From Octopus sinensis (taxonomy: Eukaryota), in NCBI RefSeq assembly GCF_006345805.1, contig NW_021832221.1:248001-281000 (forward strand): a DNA stretch of 33,000 bases. The letters run 5' to 3'. The notes under the pieces are model-generated. The model worked only from the letters and a program-made list of their open reading frames with translations, searched no databases and had not been told where the DNA came from. Position numbers and translations under genes: made by a program. Positions 22,085-33,000 of this stretch are shown here, piece after piece (position 1 is the first letter of the stretch; each line of letters starts with the position of its first letter).

Positions 22085-25000
22085 ATGACCGCACTGGGTA
22101 GGCCGATTTTTCTACTATATAACCGCTTAATGTTTTGTTTTTAGCTGATTTTTTAATTATGATAAGTCCTGATTTTGATTTAGATTCAGGTATATATTTA
22201 ATATAAATCCATAATATACTGATTGTACTTTTCCCTTAATGTTTATACAAATCAATTTCAATAGGAATTCAATCTTCAGGTTCTGTTCCTACACCAGATA
22301 ATTGTTCTTTTTCTAGTTTGAAAAAAAACGATAATAACTCGGATTTAGTACCTGATCTTTCCATAAACGATTCAATACTCCGGGTTAGAATCATTATTAA
22401 TATTCTCAAAGGAATTAATTTTGGTCGCAGAAGGATCTTTGGCAAGTCAAATAGTATTTTTGCAAAACGATGTAATTTTTGTAATAAGATTTTATTGTAT
22501 AGGAAGAGGAAAAATTATGTACATATTACGATACAATGTGCACTTCAAAACAAGTCGATTGTTTGCAGAATATATTAGAAACTCAAAATCAGCTTATTTT
22601 GACACACAAATGTAGCAAAGCTTTTTAATAAATCAGATTCTTTGACTATTTGGAGTGGATACAAGATTATTCAGGCGATTTATTCAGATACCACAACTTC
22701 GCTTAATTATTGGCCAATCGAAAAATTTATTAAATTTCACAAAGCTGAATGGGATGAAATTTACAAAATAGCATCTTCTGGCTGGCTTCCCAGCGAAGTT
22801 AAGGATCGGGAATATTTTCATGGAACGTTTCTAATGTAGATTTTATGTCTATTATTTATAGAATTTTTTTTAAAAATCATAAACTTATTCGGTCCTGCGA
22901 ATGGTTATCAAAAATTAAATTAGAAGGTCCGGGTCTTTTAGTCTTTATGCTTTCTCTGGAGAAACTCTGTTTCTTTGATACAGTTAATAGATATCCATGT
23001 TTCCAGTTCGCTGTCAGTGTTATTTCTTCTTCGCTTTATGATGTAAGAAAGTTTCGAAATTTGATCAAAATTGAAATTCAATCCAGATCTTCAGCTAAAG
23101 AAGAAACTGTACAAGTTTCTCGTATTGCAATTGAGACCGAATTACAAAATCAATCTACAATAAAACATTTTGTCGTGCTCTTTGTTGTCGGTGTCACTGA
23201 AGAGTCCAACAAGTATTGTTTTTGCCAGAAAAAACCTATCGCTGCTGCCTGTTCTTCAATTGATCGTTCATTCTGTCCTAAACTTCAAACTATTTACAAT
23301 TTTTTACCTCTTAATGAAGAGTGTCAAGGTCCTACAAATTTTCCGATTCTTTTACATGCTAATTTTTGTGTCAGTCAACATGAAAGGAACAATTCAAAAT
23401 TCAATTTTGATTGTAAATCCATTTGGAATTCAATTCTAATCCATGAGTGGTTGCCTAGAGCATATTTGGGCTTGATTAAAGAATTTATTGAAAACAAACC
23501 AATCAATCCGTGCATCATATACGGCATGCTTCCTGATGTGAGTTTGGTACCTAATCGGTGGAAAATAATAGCCAATGTTGTTCTTAATGAGTTTCTTGTC
23601 GGTTCTACGGCACTATACGTGGATGCTCAGAAATATTGGACTGATGCCTTGGAACCGTTTATTTTTAATTACAACATTTTTCCATTCTTTAAAGATGTGG
23701 CCGTGCAATTATCAGTTCATTGTGGTGTACCAATTTCAGTGGTTCCTGACCACATTTTTAAAGCAGTGGAAAAAATATTCGGAGAAAGACTTAAAATTTT
23801 GACTCCTGCTAAAGTACGTAAATTACTAATTGGAAACGTTTTTTACGATTCTTTTTCTTGGGAGGAAAAAATGATGCTCATTCAGTTTATCACTGCTGAT
23901 AAAATTTTTACGTAAATAATTTATTTCAAATATTTTAGAGATCTTATCGGCATAAAGCTTTTACCAGTTTTTGACGAAGTGTTTGTAACTTTTCGCGATA
24001 ACCAAGACAAAAATAAAATTTTTATGAATTTCAGAGAATTTGATTCAGAAATCGTTGAGCATTTTCAAGAATCTTTCATTTCCAGAAACTTGCCTTCCGA
24101 AATTGAAGATATTCTACTTCGCCTAACGAAATCAGGTTGGCTATTTCATTCGGAACATATGTAAACAAGATTTTGTTAGGTTGCACTCAACTTTGTTTCA
24201 TAACCCAATTTGATGTTTTCAAATTGTTGACAAGAAAACTCGATGAGAGATTCTTTATGAACAACAACTTCAGCGTTTCTCGTAAAGAAAGTCAAAATGT
24301 TTTGGAATGTGTAAGTTTGTTGTGGAAGCATCTAAAAAACTGGTCTAATTTAGATCTTCTTAAAATCTCCGACTTTCCTCTGATCCCCTTTTTTAAAAAT
24401 GATGGAAGGCTTTATCTTGAATCTTATGGTAGTCACACAATTGCTAAAAAACACGGTAAAAATCAGTTAGAAGATATTTTGTGCAATTTTTTGAATTATA
24501 TGGATGGCGTCTTGATTCAAGATCATATGATAGTATCTACGCTTATAAAAAATAATTCGGAAATAAATTGTTACATTCAACCTCCCACTCACGAAGGATT
24601 TGTAAACTTTTTAAATGCTTGGGTTATAAAACACGGTTTCGAGAATATTAAAAGACAATTTTTTCAAATTCCAAAAGACTTTTTTCTTAAATTACTGAGT
24701 TTTATCGAGAAATTAAACTTGCCTCCAGATATTTCATTTCTGTTTAACATTGGTCATTTCAAACCTGTTTCTAATTATTCCGGATCAATGTCCCAAGACA
24801 ATAATTTTATTTTTAATGAAAAATTGTGCTTTAAACAAAGAGAAAATATTCCGACATTTGAACTACACCATTATGAATCTTCTAATAGTCCAAAAAACGG
24901 ATTGCTTATGTCTCAAAAGTTACGGTTGGATAGCATAATAGTTGCAACAACTTCTGGACGTCTTGTAAGTTGCACAGACTGTGTTGACTCTTCTGATGAT

Positions 25001-28000
25001 TTTATGAAAACTTTATTTGAGGGAATGGATGTGTTTATGGATTTAAATTTCTACAGTCTAAATTTTGTTAATTACCTGGTTGCTATGGGTTTTAAAAAAC
25101 GTAATACTATTACTCCAGATGACCTCAAAAATATCATCAGTCATATTTGTTACAATGAAAAAAACTCTCATGATAACCGAATTGTATGTTTACTTGACTT
25201 CTTTGAGTCAAATACCGATATTTTACAGAATCCTAAAAATAAAGAACTTAAAGATTACGTAATCTCACAAAAATGGTTTCCAATTAAAACACAGCGCCCT
25301 CCTAATTATCCCAAAACTATTCCGTGGCTTGGAGAATTTGAAAAATTCAATTTTTTTAATTGTAGAGAAATTAGATTACAAAAATATTCTTACCTCGTCG
25401 GAAGTGTTAGTCGAGTACACAAATTTAATATTTCTGCTAAATTAGCATACATTTTTGGCATTGACTGTTCTCCTCGAATAAACGACATTGCAGCCCATTA
25501 TTACAATGTAATGAGATTTCAAACTTCTTCGGATTTTGATCAATTTAATTTGTATATGAAGGCCTTTTATGAATCTCTTAAGAATATTTGTGATGAAAAT
25601 CCCCTAAAAATCAATTCATTTATTGATATGATACCGCATAACTGGCTTTGGAATGGCTATCATTTTGTGAACAATGGAAGTTTTTTGTTTCTCACAAATT
25701 TCTTAAAACCGTTTGTTACACTTCTTGCATACTTTAAAATTCCGTACAGCTCAGATGTCTACAGCTTTCTCTCAGAAATCAAAGACAAACACCTGAAAAT
25801 TTGTGAGCGTGAAGTAAAAAACGACCTTTCTCTTATTTTCTCATCACTTCAAGATATTCTTTCGACAGAAACATTATTGATTGAAAAATTAGATCTTCCA
25901 GTTTACTCATCCTCTCAGAAATTAAAATTTTCAAAGGGCAATACATGTGTGATATGTCCTTTTCTCAAATCCGAAAATATAGCAAGGAATCACCAGGTCA
26001 GCATACATGGAAAATCGTATAATATTTTACATCAAGACTTTCCTCTAACATTGGCAGAAAAATTAAAAATACAAATTTATAGTCCAAGTGAAACGAATAT
26101 TAAAATATTGAAAAAAGAAGATACAAGCTCATCTCACTCCTTTCTCGCTACCTTCAAAGAAATAATGCTTTTTGGCGATTCTATTCGTTCCTCAGAAATA
26201 AAATTTATGTATGATATGCGAATTCTGAGCAACAATTTTATGAAAAACGCCAGTATTTGCAACACAAAATCGAATTCTCTATGGATATACTTTAATTCGT
26301 CATTATCATCTTCGTTTTTTGACATTCCAAATGTTAAAGTATTTGATTTTCTGCAATTTTTCTCTCGGAGTATCACGATTTTGACTCGAAACATGTTTAT
26401 TGTCTACGACTTTGATTCTGAAAAAAATCCAATAAAAATAAATACGACGAACAGTTTAAATCCATCTGTAAATTACAGAGAATTGTTTAGCTGTTTTGAA
26501 GGAATTTTTGGCTGCCAAATATCTTCTAAGAGTTTCTATTCTGGAATTCTTATTCATTGTCCCCTTCAGAACTTTTGTTTCTATAAAAATACCCAAAACT
26601 CAGTTGATTTATTCATGAATATTTTTTTTGAAGCTTTCTCTAGGTCGACAGTAATGTACATGCTATATTTGGATGGAATATTCCGCTTGTCAATTCATTT
26701 AAATACGTTTGCTAATCCGGAAAATTCTGAACAGTTGTTCTGTCTTCAAAAATACTGCAGCAATATTTTGCAAAAACCTACTTTCAGAACAACTAGAGAT
26801 GACAATGTTGTAGTGGATGAATACATTTGCTTAAATAACTTTGGAAGTTCATTCAAATATCATACTATAGGAATTCATGAAATGCTGTCTTCGTATTCAT
26901 CTATGAATAAAAAACAACTTATATTTACTACATCAGTTTACAACTTCAAATTAAATGTCACAAAGATTGGAATAAAATATATCAATCTGTATGAAGTTAA
27001 AAATCTCGAAGAATGGGCCACATGTATCATAATTCAGCCTATCAATGATCAATCATCAATTTCTGTAATCTGCCTTGCAGTTCCTTATCGGATTTTAACT
27101 AAAAATACAAACAGACACCTCAAATATGGACAGACAATGTTTTCTTCATTGAATACCGAAAAAAACAATTTGCCCGTCAGTATTTACGCGGCAGTATATA
27201 ACAAGAATAACGATTCAGAAATAAAGCCATACGTCATTAACAAATTATATTCGAATAAAAATTTCCACGAATATCTATCAAATGCATATCTTATATTTCT
27301 TGAAAATATAAGCAAAATGAATTTCAAATTAATTCCACCTTCAGTTTATTATTCACTGTGGCCAATAAATGTTGAAATCGATAGCAAATATTACTTAATG
27401 GCCAGTTCCATGTATCTAAAGATTTTCTCCAGTTTATCAATTAAATATTCACTATTTCCTGTTGATAATGTACTCTCCACAGTTGAACAAATTGCCATTT
27501 TTGATCAATCTATTACCGATTGCTTAATTTCTGAATTTCTCATAAGTGTTTGTAAATCAATCTGTTGCAAAAAGCTCGTTCTTGATATGCCACAATATCT
27601 TATTTCGTTTATAAACAGTTTTTTACCCAAGGATTTAGAAAATGATTGTATTTATGACATTATTAAATTATACACCCATGTTATATTGCCTCGTTATAAT
27701 GAAATTAATTGGGATCTACGAGAAAAATTAATATTTTATGCATTGACAACTTTATTCGAAGATGTTGGGGTCAACTTGGAATATTTTCTATTTATACCTA
27801 TTGCTCCGTGTGGAACTAAACTTGGCTCACCACGTTGTCTTTTGGAACCGTCGCATGATTTTAAAGTTCTTTTCGAAGACATCTCCGATGAGATATTTCC
27901 CATTGATTCTTTCATATCTCGAGTAGATGTTTTGAACTCTCTCAGGCAACTTGGTTTGAATCGAGATAACATGTCATGGAAACAAATTGCAGGAAGATTA

Positions 28001-31000
28001 AATTTTATACATTCGACCAAATCAGACGAGCTAAAAATAACTAGAATTGCAACTTTGTTTAAATATATTCACAAAAATATTACAAATAAAATTTTATGTG
28101 AACCTGAATTACAAAAAGAAATAATATCTTCTAAAATTCTTCCTGTCAAGAAAAACATTTTTTTCTCGTCTGAAATGAGGGAATTTGCGAGTTCTCATGA
28201 AATTTATTTGCAAGTCTATGAAGCGTGTGTATCAATATTAAATCCAATTTTGGATACTGATGCCATTCCATTAATTGAAGATCCTGGAATACTAAAATTT
28301 TTCAACATTGAATCAAAAATACCAACAACAGAACTTGTGATCGATAATCTCATGGCTTTGGAAAGATTTAGTGCCAAAAAAGAAGTCAGAGAGTCTTTAA
28401 TCCAGAAATATACAAAAGAAATGTATATTGTTTTGAGCAAATCACTTTCTGATAAAATAGACGTTGATCTAATTGTAAGCCGACTCGAAAGAACAAAATG
28501 GGTTTATTTTTCAGGAGAATTTTTATCTACTAAAAAATTATGTTTTGGAAATGTTGTGACATGTCCTTCATATATTTATGATATTTCTTGCAGTTATTTG
28601 GACAGTCATAAACCACTTTTGCTTCTCCTTGGCGCGAAAGAACATTTTTATGCAAAAGATTATGGAAAAATTTTGAGAAAAATTGAAGCTGGCAATGACA
28701 AAATCGGTCCAGCTTTGATCAAAAAATACGATATCATTCTCAGTGGCTTAATCGAAGCACTGAGAAAATCTAACAAATCATTTTTAGACTATCAGTTAAT
28801 CAACGGGCCAGTGCTTTTACCCGACAAAGATGGAAATTTCGCTATTAGTTCGTGCCTTGTATCTGATTACTGTTTATCTTCCACAAGTGATTTTTATAAA
28901 GAAATATACTCCCATGACAATTTTCTTCATCCTCTAATTTCACGTAAAAATGCTGAATTTTTGGGAGTTAAAAAATGGCAAGAGATATTATTCGATTGTG
29001 ATGTCGCTACTTGTGATTATCGTATTGAATTATTCGACCGTACTTTACCAAAAAATGATGTTCTATTTGTAATGATATGCAGTGAAATGATAAATTTTTT
29101 TGATCAAATGGCCTGCACCAAAGTAAAAATACTGATTGATTCTCGACAAAACGAACTCGAAAAAAATATTAACTTACAATTTAATTCCCTATTTGAAGAA
29201 AGTTTGTGCTTTCAAGTCGACAAATTTATTAATGACGATGAAATAAACACACAGATGAGTAGAATGTTTTCCTCCTATTATCCCATAAGCTCAAAAAGTA
29301 CAATGGGATTTAATGCCGGATCTCTGATTTCTCGGATTGTAGGAATTTTTGGTCAAAATTTTGGCATTGAATCATTTGAAATGATGGAATATGACATTAA
29401 AAATAATGTCTTTTTACAAAAAACGACCCATAAATACAAAAATATAGCTCTCTTGAAAAAATTATATGAAAATATTTTGAAGATATTTAATTTTGATACA
29501 ACATTTTCTCATTCTTCAACAATATTTCGTTTCCCATTGAATTTCATGAACGTATTGGGAAAATGTTTCAATGTCGAAAAAAATTATATTTTGGAACTTT
29601 TATCAAAAACCATATCAACGCAAATAATTTTTCTGAATAATATTCGTCAAGTATCTATTCAGGAAATTGACGTTAATTCAACATTTCAAAAAAATATATT
29701 AATAATTGCCAATACTAAACCATTTGAAAACAATATATATTCGCACTACAAAGAAAATCTTTTAAAATTACAAAATGATTATTTTTCTTCTAAAATACCT
29801 ATTTCTGTTATAGAGCAAGCATATTGTTTGTATAAAGTCGAAGTCTCAGTCGAGACAAGTTTCAAAACCACATCTACATGGAACTGTTGTGATATGGTTG
29901 GATTTAGTCTTCAAGATTTGCCATCAAACTTTATTTGTGATTCCATCATACGTTCATTTCCCAGAGTAATTGTCGCAGTTGGTGGAAATACAGATTCACT
30001 TGTAGAATTTGATAATATTTTTTGTGACAGGACATTAACTATCTCCCAATCAAATATAAGGGGAACTTATATAAATGGAAATTTTTTATTAGATTTGACA
30101 AATTTTTCACTGGATTGTAGTATCCAACAAAGAAGTGAGTGGAACGAATGTTTAGCCGTAAATATGTGCGCCAAAGCCCACCTTCGGGCGCTCGATTATC
30201 TCCGAAACAGTTCTAATTCAAACTGTAATGAATTTTTGAAATATCTCCCTACGCCGTCATTCAAGATAGTATCAGAAAGCATTTCACAAAAATATTTGAG
30301 TTGCTTTTACTCGTACCTCTATCAAAATTCTTTTCACTTTTTCCCAAGTAGAAACAAAAATGGTAACATTTTGTGGGATACAGGAAATAACATATTTTTA
30401 ATTAACCAAAGCGAGTCGGCGGATTATTTACAAGTATTAAAAACATGTGGAATGAAGTTAATTGAGGTTTCCAGTGAATTTTCGGATACTCTAGCTAAGT
30501 ATTTACCTCAAATAAAACAGTTTTCCATCCCGGAGGTACTTTCATTTTTTAAGTCCTTATCGATTGATGATAATTTACTTTCTGAATGTGTTATCAAATC
30601 TGTGCCGAATTTGTGCATAATTTTCAAATATCTTATAAATTCAGACTCTGCCCGTATCGATATAGACGGAATACCTCTAATCCTTACTGCGGATTACAAA
30701 ATTTGTTCAGGTTCTGTCAAAGATTCCAAATATTTATTCAAATATCACCGAATATTTGGAAATTTTCGCCATTTGTTTGTTCACCGAAACATGTTGAAAA
30801 TATATCAAAACGAAAAATTTTTATCCAGTGGTATTTTTGTCGAATTGTGCACACAAGATTTGGTTGATTTATTAATAAAGAATGCTAATTTAAAAAGTCA
30901 GCTGACGGTCGAAACCCTCAAAGACCTATCCATGGTTTATCCATCTCAGCTATTTTGGAAAGAGCTCAAGACCCTTTGGAATACAATCGACTTGATATTT

Positions 31001-33000
31001 ATAAAATTTTGTCGAAAAAATCGAATAAATTCTCACGATGCTATTGTGCGGCAATTTTTTTTGGAATTTGAGTTAATCGAGCAATGGTGTTTACTCCCGG
31101 TAGTTTTCTGGGACTCTCGTGATCAAAAAGTACGGAGACAACTGTTTAGTCTACGGAGTCACAAAAGAATTATGAATATTCCAAAATATATTGATCCTGA
31201 GTTGCAAAACTTTTTTGTTAGAGCTGGAATACCTCAGCCTGACAAATCGAAAATAAAGTTATGGTTTTACAGAAAATTAACGCCGGACATTGATAATCCT
31301 CGCCATTTCGAACAACTTTTAAAAATGCTTGGTCGAAGCGAAACTGCACCAGAGGGAATGGAATTAGCCGCTTTTTGGAAATTCATCTTAAAGATTTACG
31401 GCCAAGTAAAAGACAAAGAATTTTTATTGAAATTACTCCTCCAACTTAAAATCTATCAACTTTATAATGGAAAATTGACTTCCCTTGAATACCAAGAAGT
31501 GTTTATTTGTTCAGAAAATGATGTACCTGATACTGAATCCGATTCATGGTGTTACTATGAAGGGAAGGCTCTCCTTGCTGCCAGCATGATGGATTACGCA
31601 AGAATTTTAAAAAGACTAAACTGCAAATTCATTTCAAAAATCGAAATCTATACGAAATTTGTACTTATCCGCTTCAAAACTATGTCTCAATCAGCACAGT
31701 TGAACCATTTTCGTTATATAATAAATTTGATAACAACAAACGCATTAGATTCTGAAATGAAAAATTTCATGGAATTTATTTCCACGATTCCATTAGTACG
31801 AAACAGTAAAGAGGAAATGATTATTGTTAAGGATCTTTATGATCCAGAAAATCAAAATCTAGTCAATATGTCACTTATTTTCCCAAATATTCGATTTCCA
31901 AACAAAGAGTACTGCTCTTTCGAATTTCTGACTTTTTTAAGAAAACTCGGTCTTATGAATAAACTGCCTGTATGTGTTATAATGCAAATTGGAAACATCT
32001 TAAAAACAATTTACTTAAATTCTCCAACTGAACAAACCATTCTTTTAAGCAAAAGTCTTTATGAATGTTGTTTACAGTCATTTACCGGCAATGTAGATTT
32101 CAAAAATATTGGGGAAATATGCTTTTTGCCGAAATATAATGTAATTCAACAATTGACTCAAATACATCTTCCATTAAACACTGAATCTCGGTCTTTAAAT
32201 CTATGCCATTCAGGGCTGGCCGCGGACAGTTCATTAATATGGACTGTTTTGTCTGTACTGCCAGAATGGATTGAAGAAACTGACGAAACACGCCAATTCC
32301 TCAAAGTCACAGGAGTTGTGTACAAATTGACACCAGAACTTGTAGTAGCCAATCTCTGCAATGTTGCAAAAAATATTACTAAGTGTAATCATAATTTTGA
32401 AGACGTTTGTACAGTTTTATTTAAAATATTTTCATTTTTATCAAAATCTCAACTTGGAGACTCATTAATTAAAATTTTGAGAGACCTTCAAATCATTCCA
32501 ACCAATTCTAAACTATTTGTTAAGCCATCAAAAGCAGTATTTAATATCCACACATTTTATGAAATCCCTTATTATTTAGAGACAGTAAATTTACATTTTT
32601 TTGGATTTATTGAATTATTTGAACGCATTGGTGTGTGTTATTTTCCGAATATATCAACATTTGCTAAAATATTGTCTGAACTCGCGACTAAAAATATCAG
32701 TCTTAATGCCAACAATTTAATATATGCTGTTAGAGCGACCAAAGGGCTGTTTTTTGAATTATTGGAAAGATTTGATGACTCGGTCACTGAGATTATTGAA
32801 ACTATTTCCGATGGATTATATCTTCCCACTCGTAGAGGCACATTAGAGATTTCTTCTGATCTTGTATACGTTGACGACATAAGTTTGTTGAAAAGACTGA
32901 AAGGAATTGATTGCTCAATTTTGCTTACCCACAAAGAACTAGAAATGGATTGGGAATCGTTTTTGAATTCCATTCTAAAAATTCCAATAAAATGGCGACC
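22085..33000 (+). CDS. SACS: Sacsin-like giant protein with three degenerate Hsp90-like (SRR) repeats; 3' end beyond the window
   Basis: Small 5' exons (inferred introns 22098-22144, 22190-22264, 22384-22411, 22472-22502, 22612-22636, 23912-23938, 24136-24179). A single frame from 24180 was stop-free wherever translated by hand and yields no terminated ORF in the track. Sacsin-like motifs: IYNFLPL...LHANF...WNSILI, DLIGIKLLPV, RPPNYPKTIPWLG, LHQDFPLTLAEKLKI, SEWNECL, YLPTRRGTLEISSDLVYVDD, KWRP. Start codon tentative. Confidence 0.85.

Noticed and set aside
22845-24164. Apparent premature stops suggesting TAA/TAG reassignment or a sacsin pseudogene
   Set aside because: The stops fall in tiny introns (23912-23938, 24136-24179) whose removal restores the frame; TAA, TAG and TGA all serve as real stops in other genes.
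26134-32973. Scattered minus-strand and off-frame ORFs in the right third of the window
   Set aside because: Shadows of the long sacsin exon.
1-33000. CRISPR arrays, rRNA, tRNA, prokaryotic operons or defence systems
   Set aside because: No repeat-spacer arrays or recognisable structural RNA genes seen; the sequence is intron-containing eukaryotic DNA.

Overview
This is eukaryotic (animal) nuclear DNA in the standard genetic code, with genes broken by tiny GT-AG introns, mostly 23-31 nt. Tiny introns plus a tektin gene point to a reduced, ciliated parasite such as a dicyemid mesozoan (inference). The ORF track is fragmented by these introns, so gene models were rebuilt by hand. Gene order: RRP12 (5' end outside the window), a hAT transposase relic, a tandem duplication giving two intact mini-RPAP2 genes plus one truncated and one complete delta-COP, a CerS1-like ceramide synthase, SHQ1, a PPP1R12/MYPT ankyrin protein, a dead APE-RT LINE, ATP synthase delta (-), a divergent tektin (-), and a >10.9 kb sacsin-like gene running off the right edge. 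Most notable: (1) housekeeping genes flip from A/C-rich at the 5' end to G/T-rich at the 3' end, in introns as well as codons; (2) all three Hsp90-like domains of the sacsin appear to lack the nucleotide-binding Asn while the ORF stays intact; (3) the RPAP2 duplicates differ mostly at synonymous sites; (4) many 3n introns contain no stop codon. Homology calls rest on remembered family motifs, not database searches.
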